Assembly (NCBI RefSeq): GCF_001194135.2
Contig: NC_068982.1
Span: forward strand, 192,316,924 to 192,380,923
Direction of reading: 5' to 3'
DNA from: Octopus bimaculoides
Lineage: Eukaryota
Length of the DNA stretch: 64,000 nucleotides
Shown here: positions 50,651 to 63,872 of the stretch, piece by piece
Numbering within the stretch: the first letter of the stretch is position 1
Layout: each line of letters starts with the position of its first letter
Program-made: the position numbers and the translations under genes
The notes under the pieces: generated by a model
What the model was told of the DNA's origin: nothing
Seen by the model: only the letters and a program-made list of their open reading frames with translations
Databases searched by the model: none

Positions 50651-51392
50651 TTATAGAGTTCTGGTTGTCATAAAATTACCAGAGATTGTAAGAGATTTGT
50701 TCTGATGCCAAGTCTGCACATAAGCTTTGAGAATTCTGAAGAATTTATTCAAAAGACAAAAGTTCAATAAAAGACAAAATAATCAAGAAGTTAAGTAGTA
50801 AGCTCCCAGCGAATGCAGTAAGCATCTATCCTACTCACTGAATATTACATAGTACTGAATTACCAGATAAATATTGACAATTCATAACTTCACTGAATTT
50901 GTGCCAAGACAATTACATCTCACCGCCTTGCTTAAACATGCAATGAATAAAACTATGAGTAGGTACAGCTTACTGCTGCAATGACCAGAATTAATGAACA
51001 TTTTATTAACTTATAAAGTTGAGCTAAAATCCTTAAAAGGACAAGTTCATGGCAGATATATACATGCTTCAGTCTTGTTTCAATGGAATTTGTCCTCATT
51101 ATTCAAGTGCATTTAATATCAATGAATTGTATTACTGATGATTAACCATGTAGCTATGTAAGACATTGAACTTGCTCTCATGTACTTTTAACAAATGTAC
51201 ACAATTGACTTATATGTTGTGACTCTTAGTCAATTCCGGTGCATTTTACCGCAACAATCATATTGTGTCTAAAAATGGACTTTGCTTAGCTATAACTTTG
51301 TGTCTAGCAAAGAAATTCTCAAATAGAAACAGACGTTTTCCCACTTATTCTTAAAAACTCAGAGCTGTAATCTTCATTTTATATCTACTTAG

Positions 51393-51594
51393 CTCTTTAG
51401 CATTCAGGTTAATCTGACAAATGTAAAAAATATTATTCACATTACTATTTTATAGATTCAAAACTTTGATTAAATGTTTGTTTATTTTTAGAATGACATT
51501 GTAGTATATGCATGAGAGGCCAGATCTGGTTGGTTTAAACATAAAACAAGGTAGAATATTTGGGCCTGATATGGCTGGTTGAAATGATAAAGCG
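51393..51594. mobile_element. piggyBac-like MITE, degenerate
   Basis: ctctttagcattcag ... ggctggttgaaatgataaagcg; internal blocks shared with 22050 and 43876 copies. Confidence 0.55.
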
Positions 51595-52164
51595 TTGAAG
51601 TAGAATAAATTGTTGAATGTTTCCATTCATTTTCAAGTGTCAACTGATGTAAGTGAGCTTAACATGCAAAAAGATGAAACTTTTTTATGGCTGGAAAGCT
51701 TTTAATCACATATCTACTCAATCCAGATTGGATCTGGGGCTAAACAACTACTTCCATTTACCTGGATCTCACCCAACATATAATTACTCCATTAAATGCA
51801 TTTCTCTATAGTAAGTAGTAGGAACACTATTTAACTGATGGGTGTTTTGCTGATGTTTACATGCAGTTATTATTCTGTGCTGATGCCAAACCTTCAAAGG
51901 ATAGGAGTCTCATAGCAGCAGACTGACAGGCAACGACATATACAACCATGTTACAATCGATTATGTCTAATCATCCTTTTCTGTTATTCTTTTACCAGTT
52001 TCAGGCATTGGATTGCAGCCATGCTGGAACCCCACTACCTTCATCAGATTTACTTGGCCATATCAAACCCATTGCTTATTCGTTTTAGCAATGTGGTTGT
52101 CTTTCTGACACAAAGACCAGTTTGTTTTTTTTTAAGTGGTAGTGATGTATCAAACATTTTTATT

Positions 52165-52555
52165 TTTTATCTTTTATGTTTCAGTCATTTAGACTGTGGC
52201 CATTCTGGGGCACCACCTTAAAGAATTTTAGTAGAACAAATCAATCCCAGTACTTACTCTTTTTTTAAGCTTGGTACTTATTCTATTGGTCTCCTCTGCC
52301 AAACTGCTAAGTTACAAGGATGTAAACACACCAATATCAAGTTGTCAAGCAGTGATGGGAGACAAACAGACACAAACACAAACACACACACATGACAAGC
52401 CACTTTCAGTTTCTGTCTATCAAAACCACTCATAAGGTTTTGATCAGCCCAAGGCCATAGTAGAAGACACTTGCCCAAGGTACCATGCAGTGAGACTGAA
52501 CCTAGAGGCATGTTTCAGAAGCAAACTTCTTACCACACAATCACACCTGCACCTA
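52165..52555 (-). mobile_element. tRNA-derived SINE, near full length
   Basis: Reverse complement of the 63477-63872 family including head (cttaccacacaatcacacctgc). Confidence 0.85.
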
Positions 52556-52599
52556 TGAGCATAAACTCACATGAATTTATATATGCACATATATTTGCA

Positions 52600-52615
52600 T
52601 GTGTGTATGTGTATG

Positions 52616-52667
<52 letters not shown>

Positions 52668-53510
52668 NNNNNNNNNNNNNNNNNNNNNNNNNNNNNNNNN
52701 NNNNNNNNNNNNNNNNNNNNNNNNNNNNNNNNNNNNNNNNNNNNNNNNNNNNNNNNNNNNNNNNNNNNNNNNNNNNNNNNNNNNNNNNNNNNNNNNNNNN
52801 NNNNNNNNNNNNNNNNNNNNNNNNNNNNNNNNNNNNNNNNNNNNNNNNNNNNNNNNNNNNNNNNNNNNNNNNNNNNNNNNNNNNNNNNNNNNNNNNNNNN
52901 NNNNNNNNNNNNNNNNNNNNNNNNNNNNNNNNNNNNNNNNNNNNNNNNNNNNNNNNNNNNNNNNNNNNNNNNNNNNNNNNNNNNNNNNNNNNNNNNNNNN
53001 NNNNNNNNNNNNNNNNNNNNNNNNNNNNNNNNNNNNNNNNNNNNNNNNNNNNNNNNNNNNNNNNNNNNNNNNNNNNNNNNNNNNNNNNNNNNNNNNNNNN
53101 NNNNNNNNNNNNNNNNNNNNNNNNNNNNNNNNNNNNNNNNNNNNNNNNNNNNNNNNNNNNNNNNNNNNNNNNNNNNNNNNNNNNNNNNNNNNNNNNNNNN
53201 NNNNNNNNNNNNNNNNNNNNNNNNNNNNNNNNNNNNNNNNNNNNNNNNNNNNNNNNNNNNNNNNNNNNNNNNNNNNNNNNNNNNNNNNNNNNNNNNNNNN
53301 NNNNNNNNNNNNNNNNNNNNNNNNNNNNNNNNNNNNNNNNNNNNNNNNNNNNNNNNNNNNNNNNNNNNNNNNNNNNNNNNNNNNNNNNNNNNNNNNNNNN
53401 NNNNNNNNNNNNNNNNNNNNNNNNNNNNNNNNNNNNNNNNNNNNNNNNNNNNNNNNNNNNNNNNNNNNNNNNNNNNNNNNNNNNNNNNNNNNNNNNNNNN
53501 NNNNNNNNNN

Positions 53511-53557
<47 letters not shown>

Positions 53558-53625
53558 CACATCATTAAAGAATGACGATTAGGATTATATATATATATAT
53601 ATATATATAAATACATATACACCCA
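52600..53625. repeat. (TA)n microsatellite spanning an 843-N gap
   Basis: TA repeats on both sides of N 52668-53510. Confidence 0.9.
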
Positions 53626-53929
53626 TACATACACACCTGGCATAAGGCCATCTCCCTCTCTACTACACTCCAACTCAGTCAAAGGGGCTCTTTCTGCAAA
53701 GTGGTTAGCATTAAAGAAGTGCATCGTTCCTTAGCCAAATGTCTTCTACTACACAACTAGGGACTCTTTATGGTGACAAATCAAACTTCTTAACCACATA
53801 GCTAGTGTTAGTGTCTGTAATGCTAAACTTGAAAACTGCCGTGGGCCAGGAGAAGGCAGCATGACAACCACTCAAGTCAATATTCCCAGGAATCACTCCA
53901 AATAAAACAAAAGCCTTGAGGCTTTTTAT

Positions 53930-54305
53930 TTTGTTTTGTTTTGTTTCAGTCATTAGACTGTGGCCATGATGGGGCACCACCTTGCAGAGTTTTAGTCAAA
54001 CAAATCAACCCGAGTACCTATTTTTTAAAGTTTGGTACCTATTTCATCGATCTCTTTTGCTGAACTGTTAAGTTATGGGGATGTAAACACACAAGCACCT
54101 GTTGGCAAGCAGTGAGGATCAAGACAAACATACACATAGACATAGATATACATACAACGGGGCTTCTTTCAGTTTCCATCTACCAAATCCATTCACAAGG
54201 CCTTGGTCAGCCCGAGGCTATAGTAGAAGACACTTGCCCAAGGTGCCACACTGTAGGACTGAACCTGAAACCATGCAATTGGGAAGCAAACTTCTTACCA
54301 GACAA
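53930..54305 (-). mobile_element. tRNA-derived SINE, near full length
   Basis: Same family, reverse orientation. Confidence 0.85.
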
Positions 54306-54522
54306 CCAGATTTGTTTTTTGTTTTTTTTTTATGTCAGTGATTCCTGGAAATCTGTTTCCAATAAATTAAGAAAGTTTACAGGGACAGATTTACATATGG
54401 ACTCCTCTTCCTCTTTGTTTTAAGTTTGCTTTTTCTTTCCTGGTTCTTCTCCAACATGTCTTACTGCTTGCTGTTATGCCTCATTGCCATCTCTCTCACC
54501 ACAAGAATCAGTCTCCTGAGAT

Positions 54523-54672
54523 CACTAGCATAGCTAGGGGAGGGGCAGTAGGGATGATCCACTCTGGGCAGCACTTTTGGTCTGCTGTAGGCAATATGTG
54601 TTTTTTGTGGAGTCCGGTGGACAGCAAATGAAAGGGCTGCCCCAGACGGCACACACCCTAGCTACGCTAGTG
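54523..54672. mobile_element. 150-bp hAT-type MITE
   Basis: 17-bp TIRs CACTAGCATAGCTAGGG and CCCTAGCTACGCTAGTG (16/17); 8-bp TSD CCTGAGAT/CCTGAAAT (7/8). Confidence 0.85.
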
Positions 54673-54841
54673 CCTGAAATCAATCCTCACCGTTNNNNNN
54701 NNNNNNNNNNNNNNNNNNNNNNNNNNNNNNNNNNNNNNNNNNNNNNNNNNNNNNNNNNNNNNNNNNNNNNNNNNNNNNNNNNNNNNNNNNNNNNNNNNNN
54801 NNNNNNNNNNNNNNNNNNNNNNNNNNNNNNNNNNNNNNNNN

Positions 54842-55059
54842 TACCAAATGCCCATACCAATACAGTCTTCTCCATGTAAACTACATCTGATTCCGATTAT
54901 AACCAGTTTTTCTCTCAACTCATTTGTATTATGTCTACCATGGACGCTAACACTGCATGTGTTCAGTGGGTTATACTTGCTTTTTTCCTTTCTAACTTTC
55001 ACACTGAATACCCAAGCTTCACTTAACTGTATACAGTATACGCAGCCTACACTATACAC
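54842..55059. repeat. Second copy of the 218-bp segment (45080-45297)
   Basis: Begins immediately after gap 54695-54841. Confidence 0.9.
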
Positions 55060-55718
55060 CTGGACACAGAAGCCTTGTCTTGCCAACAGAGCTGATAGTT
55101 CAACAATGTTTTCTACTCTCTTCTTATTCTGACTACTGTACTTTTGAAACACCACCCCTTGCTTCCACTGTTGGTTAGGTCACCTAGGTAACAGATATCT
55201 GCCTTCCAGATATCTGAAGGAATTCATTTCAGTACGGTGATGAAGGAATGTGACATTGATACAAAATGCTCAACTAGCCTATAACTATACCATTCTCTAT
55301 CCATATGGTTATTTAATGTGCTAGAAATAGCAGTCAAATCTCCTGAATATTACGCAGTACTGTCTTACCAAAAAGAAGAAAAAAAAGGACAACTACATTG
55401 GATATTAAGTGTGAAAACAAAAGATGAGATGAGATAATTATACGTTTGTTCAGTTAATACTGATCTGGGGTAAACAACAGCAATATATTCCAAACTGGTG
55501 ACACTTTCTAGCATTAAAAACAAAAAGCTCTTGTGTTTTTTTTTTCATTCCTAGAGAGTCTGAATGGGAAGTCTAGAGAAGAACTAACATGTTATTGAGG
55601 GTAAAGAGAGTTAAGTGAATCCAAAGACCAAATCTCCAATGACATAACACACCAAATAATAATATATTTATGATTAGATATTATGGGTGTTTACCAAAAT
55701 ATATTGGTAATACATATA

Positions 55719-55845
55719 CAGGGTGTCCACAAAGTCTGGGTACATGGGGATGAACACATACTTTCATAAATTATTATTTCTTATATTTAATTGTTTATGT
55801 TATGATTTTATTTACTCCATGTACCCAGACCTTGTGGACACCCTG
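55719..55845. mobile_element. 127-bp Tc1/mariner-type MITE
   Basis: TA|CAGGGTGTCCACAAAGTCTGGGTACATGG ... CCATGTACCCAGACCTTGTGGACACCCTG|TA; 29-bp TIR with 1 mismatch, TA TSD. Confidence 0.9.
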
Positions 55846-56129
55846 TATATTCCTATCATTTCTAGAAAGGGATGAAGGAGACTATGTCAGCCAATATGAA
55901 GAAATGTATAAGATATCAAAATGTAAAAGCAGTTTCTGGCAGTGTCTCATTCTCCAATCACTTTGTACAACTGATATGAAATCAATCACCCAACAAGGGA
56001 TAATGTCACAAGCAATCACAGAAATAACACAAACACCAACACAGAGATTTCACAGAAACACCCGCGGGTACATTGTTGCGTCACAACGATTAAGCAAAAT
56101 GGAGTGACAAAATTTTACATACGGTGTGC

Positions 56130-56232
56130 TGACACAATCCATCAGACATATAGTGACACAATCCATTCATCAAACATGTGACATAATCCATCCATCAGAC
56201 ATATAGTGACACTATCCATTCATCAAACATGG
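56130..56232. repeat. ~53-bp tandem duplication built from GACACAATCCAT-like subunits
   Basis: ccatcagacatatagtgacac(a/t)atccattcatcaaacatg at 56139 and 56192. Confidence 0.8.
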
Positions 56233-56619
56233 TGTGTTGTTACCATCTTAAACCTTAGACATTGCATGAGAATGGACAACTATTATGTTGCCACATGTAT
56301 TTTCTCAGACTTGATGTGGTACCACAAACTACCATTAAAACGTCAGCAGTCAATGTCAATATTTACAAAGATTATTATGGATGTTTTCTTCTAAACTACA
56401 GGATTTTGATATTTCGTATCTTGTTAGTAACAACTTACAGTAGCAACATCACAATCATTATTAATACTAGCAAGACTACCACCAACAAGAAACAACAGCA
56501 ACACTACCAAAAATGACACTATGACACTAGCTCGGCCTGCTAGAAAGAAGTCTAGCTTTTCTTTTTTTTTTTTAACTCCTATCATACTGTCTTAAAAAGG
56601 CCACCATAGTGCGAGATCT

Positions 56620-56692
56620 ACAGAACTCCGTCACCGTATCGCGGGGGCGGGGTGGAACGTAAAACCCGCGATAATCGAGAGATTACTGTACA
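56620..56692 (-). mobile_element. pogo/Tigger-like terminal (TIR) fragment
   Basis: Minus strand TA-CAGTAATCTCTCGATTATCGCGGGTTTTACGTTCC..CCCCGCGATA, typical of a Tigger-type end. Confidence 0.65.
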
Positions 56693-57555
56693 AAAAGAAA
56701 GGGTGATCACCACTGCAATATCCTTGATCAAAGGTCTGCTTAATTTTGGCAGACTTGATGCAAAACAACAACAGAGTCGCCATCATCTTCACACCAACAC
56801 AATCACTACCACTATGACTGTCAACAACAGCAACATCACCACTGCCACACAACCAACAATACTAACACCACCACCAACAACAACAACAACAACAACAACA
56901 ACTACACTACTATCACAAGAGAAATTTCAAGTTGAATTGTTGCCGTTTGAGATAAGGGAATATGTTGAGAGGGAAGTTGTAATTTAGAAGACTTAGAAAT
57001 TGTGATAAAAACAAATTTGAAGCAGGAGAATGTGTTTTTTTTACTGAAATTATTTTTTAGACAAATTTTCTGAAGATAGATGAAGCAAAAAAGAAAAAGA
57101 AAAATGTGTGTAATGGAAAAATAGGAAAAGAAACTACTTAAATTTATCAGTAAAATCAAATCCATAGGAAAATTAAATCGATATTTTGTATTCGTTGTGA
57201 GGTTTCATTTTAATAGGATTTAAGTAGAGAAAGAGAGAAAGAAAAGGAGCATTTGTGAGGGGAAATAGTGGAAACGAAAGGAAGACGGGTCTTTTTATAA
57301 GATGAATGAATAACTGGAATATCAGTCAAGTGTGGGTGTGGTGGATGTGTTGATGACTTCCTGCTGATGTGACAACAAGAAAAGAAACATGAGCAGACAA
57401 AACAAAGGCAAATATGAGGCAGTCTTTTCTTTGAGGCACAACAACCACCACCACTACTACTAGCTTTAACAATACCAAATGTCAGTCACAGTAAATAGCT
57501 GCTGCTGCTGCCGCGAGATTTCCCCAGTCCCTCATTCTAACAACTCTACTTTCCA

Positions 57556-57577
57556 CCAATCTTGGACTTCCCCGCCC
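57556..57577 (+). promoter_or_regulatory. CCAAT box and GC box in a non-repeat, locally CpG-retaining region; putative promoter
   Basis: CCAAT 57556-57560 and CCGCCC 57572-57577; downstream donor-like sites tat|gtaagc (57670) and ATGAAC|gtgagc (57978); simple-repeat-rich UTR-like flanks. Confidence 0.35.
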
Positions 57578-58210
57578 ATTAAAACAGTCTTCTTCTTCAA
57601 CATAACAAGGTAGCCGCCTCTATCTCTTCTAGTCTCTCCGTGTCAGTCACTAACACACATCTACAATATGTAAGCACATATACTTTGAAAAGCTATTTAA
57701 AACAGGGCCAACGAACAAAACGCATACATGAATGAAGCCCCTTCTTCCTTTGTAGTCGTCCTCACAATTTTTTTTATTACATTTTGGAAGATGAAACCCC
57801 TTTCGTTATGTGGATAAGACTTGGCAAGAATACGAGAAATACTTCTGATACAGAAGACAAACGAAAGGGAATCTAAAGCTGTTTGTTGTATTTGAAACAA
57901 TAACATTTATTGAAGTGGACGGAGTGGAAATTGGTCCCAAAATACCAGCGGCTTGCATCGACCCTCTCAACATGAACGTGAGCGAAATGTCCATAATTGG
58001 TACTACTTTAATTCTACTTCATCTTTATATTGTGAAGTGGGGGGGAGCTTCAAAGACGGAGGAAGAAGACTTCACTAAATAATACTCAATGAGATGACTG
58101 TATAACAGTAACTATAGTAGTGACATCAGTGTGTATGTGTGTATCTCCATGCACGTAAATATATATATGAGTATATATACACGTATGTCTATATATGTGT
58201 GTATCCATGT

Positions 58211-58247
<37 letters not shown>

Positions 58248-58384
58248 GTCGCTCTCTCTCTCTNNNNNNNNNNNNNNNNNNNNNNNNNNNNNNNNNNNNN
58301 NNNNNNNNNNNNNNNNNNNNNNNNNNNNNNNNNNNNNNNNNNNNNNNNNNNNNNNNNNNNNNNNNNNNNNNNNNNNNNNNNNNN

Positions 58385-58430
<46 letters not shown>

Positions 58431-58919
58431 CAATACTGTATACCAACTTTTCAGAGATGTCTTAAGTATGGGACTTAAATAATAATGAGTTTTCAAATGT
58501 AGTCTCTCAATTCTTTGAGGGCCAGATGCCCTTCCTGTCAGCAACCCTTATCTGTTCCCAAACAAGATAATATTTCCCTATGGGCAGATATGTTTTTCAC
58601 AGAAGACTGGAAACAACAGCGATTGTATGACAGCAATGCTATTTACAACCATCACATGATGTCAAGACAAGGGTACATACAAAAACACGTACATATCATT
58701 ATTGTCATTTTAAGATCCACTTTCCCATGCTTGCACAGGTCAGATGGAGTTTTTTTGAGGCAAATTTTTGACAGGCAGAAGCCCTTCTTGTTCAACCCTC
58801 ATCTGTTTTCAAATACGATAATATTTCCCCATGACCAAACATGTTCTATTCAGAAATTGGAAATGAATGACATAGCTTGTATGACAGTGACAATCATTCT
58901 ACAAGTATCATGTGATGGC

Positions 58920-59105
58920 AAGACAAATACACACACACACACATATAAAACAGGCTTCTTTCAGCTTCCATCCACCAAATCTACTCACAAGTCTTTGATC
59001 AGCCCAGGAGTATAGTAGGAGACACCTTCTTAAGGTGCCACACAGCAGAACTGAACCTGGAACTATGTGGTTGGGAAGCAAAGTTCTTACCACACAGTCA
59101 CACCT
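58920..59105 (-). mobile_element. tRNA-derived SINE, 5' half
   Basis: Reverse complement of head ...gtgtggtaagaactttgcttcccaaccacatagttccaggttcagttctgctg. Confidence 0.8.
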
Positions 59106-59899
59106 GCAACTATATATATTGGTGTCAAAGTTTGGCACAAGGTCAGCAATTTCAGAGGAGGTAGTAAGTTGGTCGCACTGACCCCAGTATTCAACTGGTA
59201 CTTATTTTATCAACCCCAAAAGGATGAAAGGCAATGTCAGCCTTGGCAGAATTTGAACTTAAACTGTTAAGACAAATGAAATGCAGATAAGCACACGTCC
59301 AGTGCACTAACGATTCTGCCAAACTCCTTTCAGTTGCTATCCACTGAGAAGTGTTTGGTCAGCCTGGGGCTCAAGCAGAAGACACTTTACCCAAGATGCT
59401 GTGCAGTGGGATTGAATCTGAAACGACATGGTTTACAAGGGACCTTCTTAGCCACACTTTCACGTCTATACAATATAATTATTTCTGGTAATTTCTAACT
59501 GAAGGGATGAGCTTCTCAGCTTGCCAGTAAATTAACAAAATAGCTTCTCAATAAAAGAAAACATTGCTTTACGAGAAACCCCGTGAAATGATGTAGGGGA
59601 AGGGATAACTCATTGTAGTAGCACCATAAAAGGTAGGGCTGACTCGTTATGGTAACCCCATGAAAGGTGGGGATTAACTTAGCAACTTAGTTTTCTGTGA
59701 CTAATATCTAAGACTACAACACTATTTTTCCCTTTTGTTTCCAAAGCCATTGAACATGATAATCAGGAATAGCCTCCACTTTCAGCTTGGTCATATAATG
59801 ATTTGAGGCCAACTAGGTTGTTCTGATACAGTAGAAGGGCTCAGTCTTGTTTCATGTGGTGGAGTATAAACTATTTTTTATTTCACATTGGAAATTGCA

Positions 59900-60690
59900 A
59901 CCCAGAGTAAAAAAGGTCCACTGTGAATAATCCCTGTTAATCCCGAGATTAATTCTCATCAAAAAGCAATTGTTAATACATATGACAAAGGTTAAGCTTT
60001 GTAAACTTTTCCTCTATTCAAGGTTGCCCAGCAGATCTTCAGGTTTTTGAAACTGGACATTTGTCACAGGTGGCTGGTTTGTTGACAGTTTCTTTAAAGT
60101 CTTCACAGATACTTATAGTTACAACATTCTCTACAACTGGAACTTTTAGAGAAATCCATTCTGAGAAATTTACAGGCTGATAAATCCCTTCTCACAGTAA
60201 TTTGTCAAGTTCAACTTAAATCCCTTCTTTCAGAGCATATGGAATAGGTGTAGGTTTGAGAAACTCTTGCCCAGTTTTGGAGTTGACCTTGATGTGAAGT
60301 TTGATACCCAGAACCGTAGCTTTACTGAACACCTCACCATACTTATTTGAGAACAGTCAGCTTTTGTTGCAGGACTATACCAAGAACTGCCCATGCAACA
60401 TTCTGAATAGTTTCTCCCAATTCAGTCAGAAGTGTTATAGCCAATTTCAATCCAGCAGAGTTGACCCTTCACAGTGGTCAGCATAAATGCTAAGTCCTTT
60501 TTCTAACCCCCATATGTACTAACTACCTTAGCAGTTTCTAGTTGAGTGATAGTCTCAGCAGTAGAAGTACTTTGGCAGTAGTTGGAAGAATTTGCAATTG
60601 TCTGTCAGTACTTTGTACTTGAGTGAAGGCAGTTTCACTAATTACTGACGAAGATGTTTCGTTATCAACTTCCATTGCTGTACTTGAGAA
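59900..60690 (-). mobile_element. Gypsy/Ty3 LTR-retrotransposon pol fragment (protease and RT), decayed
   Basis: MEVDNETSSSVISETAF (degenerate DTGA protease), KPTPIPYALKEGI.VELDKL..EGIYQPV.FSEW, ICEDFKETVN, EKFTKLNL. Confidence 0.75.
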
Positions 60691-60744
60691 AACCCATCCA
60701 CCAAAACAGAATTGAGATTCTAAAACCAAGGTACCAGATAAAAA

Positions 60745-60910
60745 GCACCCAATATACTTTGTGGAGTGGTTGACATTAAGAAGGGCATCCAGCAGTAGAA
60801 ACCAAGCCAAAACTATGGAACTTGGTGCGACCTTACCAGTTTCTGTCAAGCCATCCAATCCAGGTCAGCAAGGGAGACAGACATTAAATTATGATGATGA
60901 TGATGATGAT
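60745..60910 (+). mobile_element. (GAT)n-tailed retroposon 3' end
   Basis: gagtggttgacattaagaagggcatccagcagtagaaacc...gatgatgatgatgat. Confidence 0.75.
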
Positions 60911-63097
60911 TCATACCTCTCTGTGAAGAAGTTGGCAAGTAGCCATATGAAGTTATGAGGTCCCTTTAGCTATGTTAAGTACAAGGGGCTGCCTTTCCAG
61001 TGCTCATGCCATCCAATATACTTTGTAATGTGTGAGGTTATGAGACCCTTTTAGTTTTATCAAAGACATGACACCTTTCTGGTGCAGGCACCACAAAAAC
61101 GGCATGCAGTACATTTTGTAAAGTGGCTGATACTAGGAAGGGTATCCAGCCATAAAAACCAGGCTGAAAGTAAACACAAGCAAGGTGCAATCCTTCAAAC
61201 CTTTAAAGTGAGCAGTACCCCACCCCATCTACCCACCTGAATATGTGCTGACCCTGACCAGTCCAAACCCAACACAATGATCACACACACACACGTATTT
61301 GGTTTGCAAGATTTATTGGCGTAATAACCCTCTTGGAAACAGGAGGGGTTTGGTGGCAGGAAGGGCATCCGGCTGTAGAAAACTTACCACACAAATAGTG
61401 CTGCATATATGTATATACATACATATGTCCAACCCATGCTAGCATGGAAAGCGGACGTTAAACGATGTATGCCAGTATAGGGGAAAATATTCTGTTTTCT
61501 GAGTATTCTTTTCTTGAATCCTGCTATTAAACTCTTGTTATGAAGATTAAACAAATTTGTTGCCATGTGGGCAGAACCATGCCTGACACAGTCTCTTGGA
61601 CTATTTATTTTAATTTCATTGAGGTACAGACTTTCTCAAATATGTTCCAAATCAGAAGGTATTAAGTATCTTTATTTTTTTTTACAAGTAATTACTTTAA
61701 GATGAAGGGGAAAAAAGAAAATGTTGGAAAACAATTCTTTTCTTTACCCAATTTACTAAAAGTTCAGAATAACTGCAATTGTTAAGTGATGTGACGTCAA
61801 GAAGGCTGGATGTTCATTAAACACAGACTGGATAGTAAAGGTTCTCCTGAATATATTTAAAAGAGGAATGAAAACTCGACACAATACAGGAGTAATGAAG
61901 TACAACGTTGTAGTAAGAAAGTGGGAGAACTGCAGGAAAAAATAGCAGTGATTGCAATTATTCAACAAAGCTCATAAATTAGTGTTACTTATTGATTTAT
62001 TTTAATTAGACACACATCCAATTTGTGTGTGTGCGTGTGTGTGTGTGTAGTGGGGAGGGGTGATATGTAAGTCGATTGAATCAATTCCATCATAATAACA
62101 GCAAACGTTTTATCCACTCCAAACAGTTGAGAAAAACAAAGTTGATTCCAGAGCAACTCAAAACACGATACCACATATCAAAAATTATTCAGAGTGGGAC
62201 TCTAACATTATTAATTACAATTCCTTAATTGTTTTAATTATTAATTATAGATTTTAGTTTTAAAATATGTAAAAAGAATAACATTGATTATCTTTCTGTA
62301 TTTTTAAATAAACACAAATGTGAATATGGAAGCTGAAAGGTTCTCAAGAGGAGAGTTTCACCATCACTTTAAGAATATGAGTACATGAAAATAGGAGTAC
62401 GCCCACCCACATTATAAATGGGAGTGCTCATCAAATCAGTAAAATTAGCACTCCATAAACTGAGTTTGATATCAACCAACCTGAGAACAGTCCTATTTTA
62501 AAGGAATCTAAATAAAAACCTTCCATCAACATTTCATTTATATTCCAAATCCAGTTTGATTATCAAAGAAGTTATTTTACTAAATTCTTCATTATTTTCA
62601 AAATGAATTGAAACAATGGCACTGTTTCCAACAGCTAATATTCAAATAGTTTAAGAAACTAGGTTTTTAATACATTTTGGATGAGAATGTTAAGATGAGG
62701 TACAGTTAGAATGATTTTTGCTGGTAATTATATAGTAATTACAATCATTTGAGCATTTACTGCTATTAACATCACTTGATGCCATAAATTAAAATTTAAA
62801 GTTAGGAAGTCAATCATAGACAAGGTTACATTCTTGGTCGATGTTTTTGGAATCTTACTCCAATGATGAGACAAGGCTTATGAAATGATATTAGCTTTAT
62901 ATTCTATATCATATGAACATGTGTACAAAGAGATGAAACGGTTTTGTTTAAATAAGTTTTACTCTTCCAATCATAAATCAAAGACTAAGTAAAAGACAAC
63001 AAACGAAATTTATTCTATTGCCTCACAACCCACCCCCACCCAACAAACCTAAAACAATTCTTTTAGTTAATCTTGGTGTTTTTGCTTTTTCACAAAG

Positions 63098-63235
63098 AGA
63101 ACAACATAGTGAGAATATATTTATAATTACTGTCTCTCCTTATGGAGTACTGGTCATCTATTTTGTGACCTTGTACCAGAGACAAGAAATGGCAGAAGGT
63201 TTAAATTTTATGAATAGAAGCAGGATTCCTTATTG
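63098..63235 (+). CDS. Candidate internal coding exon with a hydrophobic segment (EQHSENIFIITVSPYGVLVIYFVTLYQRQEMAEGLNFMNRSRIPY)
   Basis: Polypyrimidine tract tttttgctttttcacaaag|, donor TTG|gtgagc, 138 nt open, phase 2-2; AAG acceptor is non-optimal. Confidence 0.3.
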
Positions 63236-63476
63236 GTGAGCCATAAAACACACAATTATGCTCCATGTTGTAGCTAAATGTGTTGTGAAAATAAAATAAT
63301 AAAGAATTTCATAAATAACAACTGAAATTCTTATCTTGACAACAGAATTTCATTTAGTGGATAGTGAATAACTTAATTTCTTTACCTTATTTATATTTAT
63401 AGGTTAAAGTACAGAAATACCATTTTTAATACTTTATGCATAAAATATATCAAAATATTTTTATTTGTTCTACAAG

Positions 63477-63872
63477 CACAGGCGTGACTGTGTGGTAAGA
63501 AGCATGCTTCCTAATCACATAGTTCCCGGTTCAGTCCCACTGTGTGGCACCTAGGGTAGGTGTCTTCTACTATAATCTTGGGCTGACCAAAACCTTGTGA
63601 GTGAATTTGGTAGAAGGAAACTGGAAGAAGTCCGTTGTATATGCGTGTGTCTCTCTCCCTCTCTCTCTCTCTGTTTGTCCATCACAACAGGTGTTGGCAT
63701 GTTTACGTACTCGTAACTTAGTGGTTTGGCAAAAGAGACCAATAGAATAAGTATCAGACTTAGCAAAAATATTTGATACTAGGGTCGATTCGTTTGACTA
63801 AAAGTTCTTCAAGGCAGTGCCCCAGCATGACCACAGTCTAATGACTAGAACAAGTAAAAGATAAAGGATAAA
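63477..63872 (+). mobile_element. tRNA-derived SINE, full length
   Basis: Head ggcgtgactgtgtggtaagaagcatgcttcc...ccggttcagtcccactg (A/B-box-like), internal simple repeat, tail ...gactagaacaagtaaaagataa. Confidence 0.9.

Noticed and set aside
56620-56700. CpG/GC-box-rich patch as a CpG-island promoter; ORF 56652-56987
   Set aside because: Matches a Tigger-like terminal sequence; the ORF is TIR plus (ACA)n low-complexity sequence.
61796-61803. TGACGTCA CRE palindrome
   Set aside because: A single 8-mer in 64 kb is expected by chance; no promoter context.
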